64,000 bases of DNA, taken from the NCBI RefSeq assembly GCF_036321535.1, contig NC_087436.1, forward strand, positions 109,804,001-109,868,000, given 5' to 3'. Shown here one piece after another: positions 50,536 to 63,604 of the stretch; the first letter of the stretch is position 1, and every line of letters begins with the position of its first letter. A program made the translations under genes and the position numbers. The notes below the pieces were generated by a model that ran no database searches, was not told the origin of the DNA, and worked only from the letters and a program-made list of their open reading frames with translations. The DNA is from Camelus dromedarius (lineage: Eukaryota).

Positions 50536-51120
50536 TGAAGGATAATTAACAAAATGGCTGCACTTAGGCTAACAGATTGCTTATTCTTACACTTGCCCTT
50601 AAAACGATCAACTGACCTGACTGACCGCTTACTACTCACAGCTCCAGATCCACTGTTAAAACTAAAGCTATTATTATTGTTCCTACTTTATTCCAGTAAT
50701 TGAAAGTAATAATCATTCTTGATCTCTGAGCCATTCTCCAGGGAGAAGGTCATGGGAATGTAACATTACAAAATAGCCTGAATTACCAAGAAGACCACGC
50801 CTTGGTTGCTTATAAGATAAAGAGATCGAAAGAGTGACAACCACTAGCCTCTATAGAACTAGTCACCTGGAGACACCATGAGGCCACTCTGAGTCTTAGG
50901 AGAAGAAAATTCTGTTGATTATTATTGATGCTTTATTGTTTAAGCTATGGCTATATAATCACCCTGCCCCATCCCCAAGATAGGTTCACAGTTTTGAAGG
51001 CACTAGGGTGAGTCCCCTTTGCCTGGCAAAACAATAAAATGGCTTCTTTTCTTCTAATCTCCAGGGCACTGTCTCTGAGTTATTTGGCTCATCAGGGTCG
51101 GGGATGATTTTTTGGACTAA
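50536..51120 (+). mobile_element. ERV1-class LTR (ends approximate)
   Basis: tatataatcaccc, then cacagttttgaaggcactag...tcccctttgcctggcaaaacaataaaa, a typical ERV1 R-region layout. Confidence 0.55.
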
Positions 51121-51309
51121 GGAAAAAGATAGGAGAACAAGGAGCATATAAGGAATGCGGGGGGCCTGGCCTTGATTTTCAGACCTAGAATAGTGTCTGG
51201 ATCCTCCAATCAGATATGTGGTCCCTAAGGATAGTGATAGGGTCCCTCTAGCTATAGGTTCATACCCCAGAGAGGAAGGGGTTTTGATTTTGTTTTTGTT
51301 TGTTTGTTT

Positions 51310-52640
51310 TTTTCTTTTTAATTTCAATGAATATTGTTAAACACACTTGAGAGTAAACTAATTCAAAAAGTCCCATATATCACCCTGATTGAACAATTAT
51401 CAAGATTTTGTCACATTTGCTTCATTTATCTCTTTTGCCTTTATTTTAATCTTATGTACTGATGTATTTTGAAGTAAATCACAGACACCATATCATTTCA
51501 CCTCTATGTATTTCACTAAGAGTATCTAAAAATAAGAATTTTCTTGTAAATCACATGATCGTTAACTACGTACAATTGTTGCAGCAAAGTGTGTTACAGC
51601 TCAGTGTTACAGCTCAGTTGTGACAGCAAGCTGGATCCAGGCAAGAAACCAAGAAGCACTCGGAGGATTGGAGAACTCAGGTTTATTATTACATCAGTGG
51701 GCCCAGAGGAGTTAACACTCCAAGCTCTGTACCCCATCTGTAGGTTTACACAGGCTTTTATTGCTGCCAGTCCACACTTTGCAACATCATATGCAAATAA
51801 GGTGTAACAAAAGTTGACTAATTAGAAATGAGCTTTGTAGATATGGACCTATCAGGAGTGTGCTCCATGCAAATGAAGTGCTACAAATGGACCAATCAGG
51901 AGTTAGCTCAGGGAACCAATAGAATCTTAGGGATAAGTTCCACTTTCCTAGAAGTAAGCCCTTTCAGAGGCAAAATGTAAGATAATGCTGCCAGGCTAGG
52001 AAATCAGACGGTGCTGGTGGGAGAGTATTGGCCCTGCCTGGGGGGGGGGTCCAGCTGGCCTTTTTCATGGGACTTCCCACCTCACAATGAGCAATATTTC
52101 ACATATCCATTAATACTCAGTTCATATTTACATTTTCTAAACCATATCAAAATGCATTTTTACAGTTGTCCTGTTTTTATCAGTATCCAAACAAGTTCTA
52201 TCATTATACTTAGTTGGAATATCCCTCACGATTTTTTTTTTTTCATGTCATTGACTTTCAAGGATACTCTCTGAGTTGTCCTTTAGATTAAAAATTAGTT
52301 CTAAATCCTTGATTGGATTACTGTTTCGTTTTGGGTTTTTTTTCTTTTCTTTTAAAATAATAGTTCATAAGTGATAAGATCACATCGGACACACATGTGT
52401 CTATGTACCTGACTTTTATTGACATAAGGTGACCAGTGGGTTCAGGTTGCAGCTGCCCAATGATTCCATTATAAAGTTCACCATCAATTTTCATCTAAGG
52501 GTTTCATCTATTGATGATGGTTACCTAAATTAATTACTTTATTTGAGGGCACCAAATGGTGATTTTTGAATTCTAATTTCCTTCATTATCAGCTGGGATT
52601 TTTCTAAAAAGATCTCCTCCTCATCAACTAAAGGCATTTG
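51310..52640 (-). mobile_element. L1MC-like 3' region split by the LTR at 51577-52086
   Basis: tcaagattttgtcacatttgcttca...aagtaaatcacagacaccatatcatttcacctcta; resumes aatatttcacatatccattaatactcagttcatattt. Confidence 0.7.
51577..52086 (-). mobile_element. ERV-class solo LTR, family unassigned
   Basis: TG...CA ends, tttatt near 51682 (AATAAA on -), repeated ccaatc-type boxes, sharp composition change inside an L1. Confidence 0.85.
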
Positions 52641-52876
52641 GTGATATTTGGGATTGAAAGATACTAACTAATATATATAAAATAGATAAACAGCAAGTTC
52701 ATGCTGTATAGTGCAGGGAACTATATTCAATATCTTGTAGTAACTTACGGTGAAAAAGAATATGAAAACGAATATGTATGTTCATGAATGACTGAAGCAT
52801 TGTGCTCTACACCAGAAACTAACAAATTGCAAGCTGATTACACTTCAATGAAAATGTATTTAAAAATATATATATA
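52640..52876 (+). mobile_element. Camelid-type L1 3' end stub
   Basis: ataaaatagataaacagcaag...cagggaactatattcaatatcttgta...acaccagaaac...acttcaat. Confidence 0.88.
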
Positions 52877-53597
52877 AATTTTGCACAGAAAAGAAATTCT
52901 TATTTTAATTATTTATTAATTTATTATTAGCTATGTAGCAATAATGTATTAATACTAATTATTAATATGTACCTATAATAAATCAGTTTATTATTAAATC
53001 AGTTATTTATTACTTTGTTATTAAATATTTTAAATTATTCTTAATTATTTCCTTTAAAGAATAATTCTTTTCAGAGAAAGGAGCCAATGCCCAAGTAACT
53101 TTTAAAGGTACCTAATGAGTTTTCTTCCTTCTTTTCTTCCTTCCTTCTTACCCTTCTTCCTTTTTTTCTTTCTTTTCTGAGTAACACTGTGGATTTCAAC
53201 ATATTCAATGTGTTTTAATTATGTGTTCATTAGTTTTATAAATATTATGATTGCTAGTAATATTACTACTGCTACATTTAGTACTATTACTATATGCTTA
53301 AATTTCTTGTGACTAGCGAGAGGTAATTCCTGCTTGCTCCTGGGTCCTTTTGAAGTGGTCTATTTCTTTTTAAGAGATTTCTGGCATTTTGTACAGCAAG
53401 AAGTCTAAGACTCATCTCAGACAGTTTCTGTTTAAGACTTGAAATCAATCATTTCTCAAGAGTCACTGTTTTTCTCTCGTGGAGTATGTTATACAGAGAA
53501 TACAATCTGGCTCCTAGGGGTTCTTATCACTATTGGGTTGTCATAGCTTCTAGGCTTTTTCAATAGGCAGAGCTAGGAGGTAAGCGAAGTAAGACAG

Positions 53598-54140
53598 AAA
53601 GAGAAAGAAAAATTCCATGTGATATCACTTGTATGGAGAATCTAAAAAAATGAGACAAATGAACTTATTTACAAAATAGAAACTGACTCACAGGCATAGA
53701 AAACAAACTTGTGGTTACCAGGGGGGAAAGGTGGAGTGGAGGATAAATTGGGAGTTTGAAATTTGCATATAGTAACTACCAAATATAAAATAGATACACA
53801 ATAAGTTTCTTCTGTATCGCACATGAAAATAAATGTATATATGTATATGCATGACTGAACTATTATTCTGTGCACCAGAAATTTACACATTGTAAACTGA
53901 CTACTACAAAAAAAGGAACTGATAAGTAAAAATATATAAATAAATAATAAAATAGATAAACAGCAAGGCCCTACTGTATATAGCACATGGAACTATATTT
54001 AATACCTTGTAATAGCCTAATAATAAAAAATAATATGAAAAGAAATATACAGATGTATGTGTATAACTGAATCACTATATTGTGTACTAGAAATTAATAC
54101 AACATTGTAAACTAACTATACTTCAATTTAAAAAAAGAGA
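53598..54140 (+). mobile_element. Two L1 3' ends in tandem
   Basis: First copy ends ...ccagaaatttacacattgtaaactgactac near 53905. A second restarts ataaaatagataaacagcaagg and ends ...aactatacttcaatttaaaaaaa. Confidence 0.88.
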
Positions 54141-54948
54141 TAGCCAAAATAACTCATTAACTAGCTAACTAACTAAATAAATATATAAATTACTCTATGT
54201 TCAATTGAGATTTTCAAATTCAGGTTTAACATAACATACTGATATTTATAGTATGTGAGTCTATATTTCTATATCTTTTATTGTGCACTGAGAATACCAA
54301 CTAGTCTATTAACAGAATAACTTACTTAAATTTTTGTAATGAGTATACCCACATATATACACCTATGACCTCAATATAGTAGTAGCAATATTAAAAGAGA
54401 CTATTGACTGTTGAATGTTATTTGGGATTACTTGGTTGTCTTACTTATTCTTAGATTATATTCCATTCTAGATAAATAATAAAATTGGCATATTATAAAA
54501 ATACTTCAAATAATTATTTCCTCTGGGTGATTAAGTCATCATATTTATGTTAGAGTTCTATTTCAATTTTTACAGTTTGCTTTGTTTTACATTCCCATTT
54601 AATTTTATTTTGCAATATGTAAAAGATATATATGTTTTTAGATTCATAACTGCAGTAAGGTATATTTAGAACTTTTTTTTTGCATTTCTTCTTTTTCAGC
54701 ATATTAGAATTTTACTTAATTAGTATTTTAGGTTGTAATGGGAAATTTCATGGACTCTATATGATTAGATGCTAAGGAAAGGGAAAATATTTCTTTTTAA
54801 TCATAATTTTATGACTGTTTCATATAGCTTAATAATAAAAAAAAATCCTCTTTTGATCTATTGTTCAGCCTATCCTTACATAGAAATACATCACTTGTGA
54901 GATGCCATGAGCAAAATCTTAAAAAAATAATGAAAATATTATGTTCAG

Positions 54949-55110
54949 GTTTTTTTGTGTGTGTGGTAAAAAACACATATGAGATCTACCCTCAACAAAT
55001 GTTTAAGTTGCTGTACAGTGTTGTTAACTATAAGCATAATGTACAGAAGATATGTAGAACTTTTTCATCTTGCATAACTGCACTCTTTATCCAGTGAACA
55101 GCAACTCCCC
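54949..55110 (-). mobile_element. L1MA-like 3' fragment
   Basis: gtgtggtaaaaaacacatatgagatctaccctc...tagaactttttcatcttgcataactg...gaacagcaactcccc. Confidence 0.8.
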
Positions 55111-55429
55111 ACAGTTACTCATAAATAGTAATTTATGTATTTTTTCCCTCAGCATGAGTCAGAATAGTCAGCTATGTGTGGAATGTCGACAGCTGCTTCT
55201 TAATCACCTGTTATGAAGAGTTGTTTAGGACCTGTAATCAAATTTTTCCATAGAAGACAGTCACCACTATTGTTATTGTTATATCTAGCTCTATGCTAAG
55301 TCCTAATGAAAAATATAGAAAGATAATGGATATCATTTAATAACATACTTTGTGCCATAGAATTTATACTGATATTGATGACATAATAATTTTATTATAT
55401 TGATACACATATAAGTATTAATATTAATC

Positions 55430-55675
55430 AAAGCTAACTTGTACTGAGTGCAAACAGTGTGCCCATCACCAAGCTAGGTGCTTTTCATGAATTTGACCAT
55501 TTAACCTCACAGCCATCCTATGTGGGGAAAATTATTAGTATTATTCCAATTTTACAGATGAAGTCACTGAACCTCCAGAAGCCTGAGACACTAGTTTAAA
55601 GCCATACTAGCAAGTAGTGGATCCAAGATCTAAACCAAATCTACTTGATGGAAACCATGCACTTTTTTCTCCAGT
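55430..55675 (-). mobile_element. MIR SINE
   Basis: catttaacctcacagccatcctatg...ttttacagatgaagtcactga. Confidence 0.8.
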
Positions 55676-56247
55676 ATTATAATTGAAATTCAGAGAAATT
55701 AACCCCCTAGATCACCAAAATAGTGAATAGCAATTTGAATTTGATCTCAGTCCGTGCTGTTTCAGACTCTGTGCTATTTCTATTCTATCATTCTGTTTCC
55801 ATTTGCAGGCTTGCAACAGAACCAAGATTAAACATTAATAGCAAATTGCCGTATTTATAACCTAGTGTAAAATGTGTGGATCAAATTAGAAAGACTCTGG
55901 TGACCATTGCTGCACAGTTAAAGTTTTTACTGATTCATTCAACAAACAGTTTTGAGCATGAACTACATGACAGGTTCATTTCTTACAGCTTGGAAAATGG
56001 CCTACATTCTAATGAGAAAGACAGATTTTGAACAAATAATCATTTAATGTCAGAGAATGATCCATGCTGTGAAGAAAAACAGAATAAGGTACTAGGAATG
56101 ACTGTAACGGGGTGGCTGTTTTAGGAGGCAGGTCTTGGGAAGGACTCTTTGAAATTAAGAGACCAGAGCAGTGACCTGAAAGAAATGAGGAGGTGAGTCT
56201 GTAGGAAGAGAAAAAGCAAGTACAAAGCTCTAGGTAAGCTTGGTGTG

Positions 56248-56827
56248 TGTCAGACAGACCCTAAAGTAACTCTCAGCCTATGACTTCCCACTCCCTCCTG
56301 TCCATGGTTTTGTGTCATCCCCTCCTGCCGAGTGTATGTGAGACCTATGGCTAGCTTCCAATGAATGAGCATGGCAAAGGTGATGGATATTACTTCCCTG
56401 TTTGTTACTTATTATGACAATGGTGATAGGATGTCACTCCCATGTTTCTATAATGTTGTATGACTCCATTTTAGCAGGCTGGAGTGAGAGACTCCCCCTT
56501 GTTGGCTTTGTAGGAAAAAAACTTGTGTGTCGTAGCTGCATACAGAGAGGGCCATTTAGCTGAGAACTATGGAGTACCTTTGGAAATTGCTGGTCTCAGT
56601 TCTGCCATCTCACAGAGCTGACTTCTGCCAATAACCACAAGATTTTGGATGAAGACTCCGAAGGCTAGATGAGAACCTGGTTACAGCCTTATGAAATCCT
56701 AAGCAGAGGCTCTAGATAAGCCATGCCTTGACTCCTGACTCATGCAAACGATGAGATAATAAATATGTGTGGTTTTAAGCTGCTAAAATAGTGGTACTCT
56801 ATTACATAATAATAGAAAACCAGTGCA
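56248..56827 (+). mobile_element. MaLR solo LTR, MLT1F-like
   Basis: atggcaaaggtgatgga, gataataaatatgtgtggttttaagctgcta...atagaaaaccagtgca; perfect 5-bp TSD gtgtg (56243-56247 and 56828-56832). Confidence 0.88.
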
Positions 56828-56927
56828 GTGTGTTATACAAAGAACACAAAGTGAGATGTGCTGGAAAGAAGGCAGCAAAGGGGAGAGCAGAGGGAAGGAG
56901 ATGGCCAGGGATCAGATTATGAGAGCA

Positions 56928-57217
56928 CAGTGCTAATCAAAGTGTAGCACACTGACCAGTCCCATCTCTGAACTACCAGTCCTCCATGAGTATAAAATCG
57001 AAAACGAGTATTTAGAGACATTTTATAGCAACTTGACATTGCACAACACTTAAGCAGTGATTAGTGGACTCATCTCATTGAATAGAATATGTTCAAAAAC
57101 AGGTGTTGTTGAATTTACATGGTCAGCCCCATGTTGGAGGAGATATGTATTGATATTGATCTGAAGAGTTGGGGCAGATAACTGGTCCTTCCTCAGTGTT
57201 AGTGTTCAAAGTGCTGA
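56928..57217 (+). mobile_element. hAT Charlie4-like DNA element
   Basis: cagtgctaatcaaagtgt...tttagagacattttatagcaacttgacattgc...aactggtccttc...gtgctg. Confidence 0.65.
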
Positions 57218-57675
57218 TTTGGGTCCTTGAAGACTATGATAAAGATTTTGGAATTTATTTTAATAGCTTTAGGAAGATATTGGAGGTTTTTGAGCAGAGT
57301 AAAGGTCTGATTTAATTTGTTTCATTGTTTAAATCCCAGTTCATGCAACTGTGCTAGAGAGGCCAGTGAGGAGGCTACAGTCCTCTATTAGGTAAAAAAA
57401 GATGATAACTTAGACCATGGATTTGGGGGAATATTTGAGATATTTGAACACAGACCCAATAAGTATTTCTGACAGTCTTAATGTGGGGTACGTGTGACAA
57501 GGAAGAGAAAAGGACAGACAAGTAAGTTTAGTAAGATTGTATGCCCAGAAACACAGGAAAATCATCTTTCCTCCATAATATGTGTACGTAATATTGAGAT
57601 AGAGGAGAGTTATTTCCCACTTATCATGTTTTATGGGGTTTAATAATTTTCTGCTTCGCTTCTTAGGATGGAGAG

Positions 57676-59089
57676 TGTGGTAGGCAAAACTGTAAGGTAG
57701 TTCCAAGATTTCTTGCTCTGTGGTGTACATACTTTGTGCAGTTTCTGAGACCAGAATATGATGGAATTCACTCTCGTGATTAGGTTATAATATGGCAGGG
57801 ATGACTATAAGAAAGGAAGATATTCTGGATGAATGTCAAAGGAATGCATGAGCCAACTGAAGGAATGCCCAATGGCTGAAGTTGAAACAATTTTAGTATA
57901 TAAGTAAATAAACACTGGATTATAACCCAAAGTGTTAAATAAACATCCATGAGTTCATATTGTTATAAATAAATGTCTGAGCAAATATGTAAATGTGGGA
58001 GAAGAGCTAAATACCCTGTGTGTAAGATTTCCAAATAATGGATGTCAATACTCTACATTTAAGGAGGTAGAGTATGACTCTTCACCCGTAAGTGTACACT
58101 GCACATTGTGACTTAATTCCAAAGAGTTAAGTCTGGAAAGAGGAGAAGACCATAATAACTTTGCTACATTAACTACCTCAAGCAAGGTGAACAAAGTTAA
58201 CATCAATAATTGTAAGTCATGTTGCTAGCATGTGCCCTTGAAATAATGTAATGAGAATAGCACTTTACCTCTGTGGTCCTCTCCTTATAAATGCATTATC
58301 CCAATCTAATCATGAGAAAAGCATTAGTCCAATTCCTATTAGGGACATTATACAACATTCCTGACTCGTAATCCTCCAAATTGTCAAGGTCATCATGAAC
58401 ATGGAAATCTGAGAAGCTTTTACAGCCAAGAGGAAACTTAGAAGACTGAATGCAATGGGGGTTACCAGATGGGATTCTGGAACATAAAAAGGACATTAGA
58501 GGAAAACAGAAGAAATCTGATTAAATATGGAGTTTAGTTAATAACAAGATATCAACCTTATTAATGACAAATATAACATATTAATGAATGATATTACTAA
58601 CTGGGAAACCTGAGTGTGAGGTATATTAGAATTCTTTGAACTATCTTCACAATAATTTTATAAATCTAAAACTGTTTTTTAATAAAAAGCTTATTTAAAA
58701 TATGGACCTAAAGGTCAGAGACAGATAAATTAGAGATTCAAAGCACAAGACATATTTGATGTATTGTTGCTGACTTGAGAGTGTAGTGGTGACGTGGCAA
58801 GGAATGAAGATAACCTCTAGGTATGAAGTGTAGCCACTGACTGACGGCCAGCCAGAAAACCAAGACCTCAGTCCTACAACCACAAGGAAGTGAATTCTTC
58901 CAATGAGAAGAATGAGCTTGGAAGTGTATTTTTCACTAGAGTCTCCAGATAAGAATTCAGTCTGTTCAACACCTTGATTTCAGCTTGAGGACTGACACAG
59001 ATAATTTTTAGTTAATAAACAGGTATTGTTTAAATCCTCTAAGTTTGTGGTAATTTTTTTTTTTCATTCAGCAATAGAAAGCTAATACA
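57676..59089 (+). mobile_element. MaLR LTR, MLT1E-like, split by an L1MD insertion
   Basis: tgtggtaggcaaaact start; resumes near 58705 with gacctcagtcctacaaccacaaggaagtgaattc...cagcaatagaaagctaataca. Confidence 0.85.
57833..58700 (+). mobile_element. L1MD-like 3' end
   Basis: ctggattataacccaaagt, cactttacctctgtggtc, tgtcaaggtcatca, gatgggattctggaacataaaaaggacattag, aaatctaaaactgtt. Confidence 0.85.
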
Positions 59090-60897
59090 GCGATAGTATG
59101 AGAAACACATCCATTTTCTTTCTACCCATGCCTACTGTATGTATATTTCCTGCATTGGTGAGCATGAAGGAGGGAAGTAGGTAAGCCTGACTTAGCTCAT
59201 CCTCACTCGTTTGGGCCAGCTTTCTGCTGAGAAGATAAATTCTGGTCTTCTCTCATAGGTGTGATGAGCTAACCAGGGTTGGGTCTGCCCCCTGAAGGGA
59301 GTATCTACAGTTATAGGGCTTAAGTTAGAGTAAGGGAGAGAGAAACCTTGTACATGACAGTAGTTATGAGCCATGTTTTTCTCCATGTCTACTTTTTTCA
59401 TAATAAAATTGACACTTTGATCAGATTCTGCATGGCTTCCATATCTCAATTCTCAATTGTTTCTGAACCAGAGAGGGCAGGACAGTGTTGCTAATTGAGG
59501 TGTTTTGCTTTTGGAAAGTCAAAGAGAAAGATAAAAAGAAAAAAATTAATTTAAAAATATATTATTCTCATTATAACTATCAGGGAAAGTGGGCTCAGGT
59601 TACTGAGAACCAGGAGTGTCAGCATACAGCATTTTCACTTAATGAAACAGAACTTTTTTCTTGAACAAGGGTGTGACACGTTGAGAGTGGGGTTTCAAAC
59701 CAATTCGTTTTACTGTACTGTGCAATCCAGGGGGGTAGTAGGGATGGAGTGTGTGGAAACAATTATGCCTATGCAAATATTATATAAAATGACTTACCTT
59801 TGAGCTTCATATAAAAACTGATCTTGGCTCAAACTGAGACTTGCTTAATAGGCAAGAAGAAAGAATGGTATGAAACATAAAACTGACTCCTTACAAGCTT
59901 GAGACAGGCATATGTGCTTATAAAAGTTGAATTTTTGCCAACTAGCTTATAAAAAATAAAATGTCATCTCACTACTTTTAGCACTTGCAGCTGTATTTTT
60001 ATTTCCATTCGTAGGGAAATGATTTTCAAATAATTCTTCATAATAGTTAAATTCGGCAAAATACAATATCTAAGTGTCACGTGGAGGCCTCAAGGTATTA
60101 AATATGGTGGTCATTTGATCCTTCAAAAAAGTACACTTATCTTGAATATCTGGCTCTTCTCATCTGAAGTGTGAAAGTTGGCCTATTATATTAAACAACG
60201 TGAAATTTTAATCACTCTAAGCCATGAAGCTCCTTTGCTGAAATTTTGGACTCTGACATTTAAAAGCTAATAAGGGAAATACTGCTCTAACTTTGCTTTC
60301 CTATAAAATTAAAACATTTTAGATGCCATTCCAGTCATAGATACCCCTCTAGGGCCACGGTCACTTGGATATGCCGTAGAATTGCAAATACAAGTCTAAT
60401 TGGTATCAGCAGTCAGATACCGGATCCAATTTAGATGACGGGTGGGGGTTGATAGTCTGGGGAAACCACAGCATTTCCCAGTCCCAACTGCACTCCACAG
60501 AAGTATGCCTACAGGTCCCACAGCTTTCTCTGTCCCTGTCGCGACGCAGTGGGACGGTCCTCACACGTCTCCCTGGGGTATGCTGGTGTGTTACAGTCTC
60601 CTTGATTCTCTTTCACTGTGAGCATCAGGTTTCCATAAACTTCTTAGGGCTGGAACAGCAACTAACTTTTATTTACAGTATAAGATAGTAGTTAAATGGG
60701 TAAAATAAAGTACTTTATTTCCAAGTTTCAAATCCTGCTTCCACCATGTATTATCTCTGACCTTGAAACACATTCATTTATTTCTGGAGGTCTTAGTCTC
60801 CTCCACCACTGACTAGGGTAAGTAGAATAGGGCTAATAGAATATCTTCTACCCCAGCAAATGATTCTTGGCAGCTTAACACAAAACCGGATAATCTA

Positions 60898-61196
60898 TGT
60901 ATTAGCAAGAGTCCTTTGGAGAAACAGAATTGATAGAGGATGTGTAGATGTAGAGAGAGATTTATTATAAGATATCTGGCCACGTGATTATGGAGGCTGA
61001 TACATACCAAGATCAGCATGGTGAGTCAGAAAGCTGGAGACCCAGGAGCCAGGGGTTTAGTGCCAGTTGGAGTTTGAAGGCCTGAGGACCAGAGAGCGGA
61101 TGGTGTAGTTCCCATTCAAAGGTCAGCGGGCTTGAGACCCAGGAAAAGCTCATGTTTCAGTTTGAGTCCAACAGTAGGAATGATCACCGATGCTCC
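60898..61196 (-). mobile_element. ERVL LTR, MLT2B-like, partial
   Basis: tgtattag...gagaaacagaa...gagatttattataag...gattatggaggctga...agctggagacccaggag...tgaaggcctgaggaccag. Confidence 0.88.
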
Positions 61197-62412
61197 CATT
61201 TTCCAAGATCTCACAGCTCCTAGGCAGCAGAGCTAGAATTCAGAATTCAGAAATTTCTGGCTACAAAACCCGTGTTCTTACAACTAAATCACATTGACAG
61301 TCTTTCTTTTTAAATAGAGAGCAAACTGAGAAGGCAAAACCAGAGCCCACAAAATTCCCTCTAAGTCCTGCAGGTCCCAGTGCAGTGTATGCCAGAGCAC
61401 ACGTTTATATTTAACCATGTGTGAAACATCTATACCATTTTTCTGAGAAGTTGAGTAGGTGGCGTGCATTTCAACAGCTCATCTCTACCAAATGAGAGCT
61501 ATAATATATATTTAAAGATGATGTCAGGCTTTCTAAATATAATTTTCAACTGTGCTGGGAAAAATATAAACTGCAGCACTGTAATAATCAACATATAAAT
61601 AGCTCCCACATCTTTGCCATGCAAATTTGGATGATATTATGGAAGAAGGCTATCAAAAGGGGCCTTCTGTTACCACGGTTTCTGCTAACCAGTGAGCAGC
61701 TGGGATTGATGACATTTTTAGTTAAAGCCAGTTTGGAAAGGCTTTTATCCCATGGAGATAAGCTAAAGCCTCAAAATAAAACAATTCCAAACTGCCAATG
61801 TTTGATTGGTTTGAAGTTAAAACGGTGGTATTAAATGCCTGGTTTTCTCACAGCTTCAGAGAAAAAAATACAGTTTTCCATTGCCCTTTGACTGTTGACA
61901 GACTGAATCTCCAGTTCCTTTTGTTGTGAGCATCTCCTCCACCTGGCAGGGTTCAGGACATCTGACCCCTCATCTCCAGGGCTCGGAATGATGTCTCTTG
62001 CAGCCGGAACACCTGCCACGCCTCCTGGACAGACAGTCCCTCCTCAAGATGCACTAAACACCACAGCCCTGTGAGAGGTAGACACACTGATGACTTCATC
62101 CCTATTGAAAGCCCATTGGGGTTCCTTTAGAACTCGTGGAGAGGTTCTGTCTCAGCTGTAGAAGACCAGCACTCTGGGGAGATGGTTACTTTTGGAATGT
62201 TGCGAATTCCAGCTAAAGATGGGGAGGTATTTATATTGCAAAGTTCACAAGCCGGTAGTTCCTGGCTATCTCTGCCCTGAGGGCAGAGTTTTTTGTTTTT
62301 TTTTTTTTTTGGTGGGGGTGGCAGAAGCAGCAGTATCCATTTTTTTTTCCTAACTTGCATACTTACAGATGAGTGAGAAAAATTCATATTGTCCAGACTT
62401 TACATTCCCCCT

Positions 62413-62690
62413 ATTTTTTATTTTTGAAATATAGTCAGTTTACAGTGTTGTGTCAATTTCTGGCATACAGCATGTTTCAGTCATACATATATGGACATAT
62501 ATGTATTCCTTTTCATATTCCTTTTCATTATAGGTTACTGCAAGATATTGAATATAGTTCCCTGCGCTATATAGGAGAAACGTGTTTATCTATTTTATAG
62601 ACAGTAGTTAGTATCTGCAAATCTCAAACTCCCAGTTTATCCCTTCTCATCTTCTGCCCCCTCTGTAACCATTGTAACCATAAGTTTTTT
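62413..62690 (-). mobile_element. Camelid-type L1 3' end stub
   Basis: atagtcagtttacagtgttgtgtcaatttctgg...caagatattgaatatagttccctg...ctgcaaatctcaaactccc. Confidence 0.9.
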
Positions 62691-63089
62691 TTTTGTTTGT
62701 TTTGTTTTTTATCAGACTCACACCTTTACGTTACCTGCCTGGCTCGTTCAGGTGTTTGAGTTTGGGTCTCTCTTGCATGGAACTTTTGCTATCAAACAAC
62801 ACTGCAGATAATGTATTAGTGAAAGACTATGTCAGCTAAGTGATCTAGACAGAGAACTCATTCGGTCATAAACGCAGGTGCAGTGAGAGAGGGAGTCCTG
62901 CTGGGAAGAAAACATACGTAAGGATCTTCTCTGTGAGATGAATTAAAACTCTGCCTTAACTGTTTTCATTTTTGAGTCAGTCTCCCAGATTGTAGAATAC
63001 CATGTTTTTTAAGTCAGACTCTTTTGCCTTGTTCTGAACTCTGCACCTTTAGATGAATTACTTTTCTTCCTTTGGTAGATTTTTCTTTC

Positions 63090-63604
63090 AGTATTTTTTT
63101 TTTCCAAAACTCATCACAGCAATTCCTCCCATCTCAAAGCATATCCCTTTTGAAATGTAACTTTGCTATTCCTCCAGTCATGACACAGCTCTGTTTCTCT
63201 ACCTCTTAGATCTGGGCATGGCTGTGTGACTTGCTTTGGCCAATAGGACATTAGAAATTTTAACACAAGCAGAGACTCGAAAAGTCCTGGCTCACTGGGG
63301 CTTCACCTCTCATGTTGTGTTTGAAAACTTCAGACCATAACATGAATGAGCCCAAACTAGCCTTTCAGAGCAGTCACATGAAGGAGAGCTGAGAGTCACT
63401 GATCAAAAGCCTACACAAATGACTGGACTTGTCATTGAAGACCATCTAGTGCCAGGTGTCAGCTGACTGCAGAGATGAGCTGAATTAACTCATCCCCAAA
63501 GAGCTACTCTTTGGGCCACACAATTCTGAGACATAAGAGATGCTTGTTGTTTTGAGCCATTAATCTTGGGGTTGACTTATTATGTAGAAAAAGTTAACTG
63601 ACAA
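63090..63604 (+). mobile_element. MaLR LTR, MLT1H/G-like
   Basis: gtgacttgctttggccaatagga...cacaagcagagact...ttgttgttttgagccatt...ggggttg...aactgaca. Confidence 0.82.

Larger units (their letters stand above)
55932..57560 (-). mobile_element. L2 LINE split by MLT1F-like and Charlie4-like insertions
   Basis: attcattcaacaaacagttttgagc tail; antisense L2 body resumes after 56832 and after 57217 (ttggaggtttttgagcagag, ggatttgggggaatatttgaga). Confidence 0.75.

Noticed and set aside
59771..59800. Octamer plus TATATAAAA, with an adjacent perfect - strand donor (AAG|gtaagt)
   Set aside because: Single short AT-rich motifs are expected several times per window; no linked exon or snRNA-like body was found.
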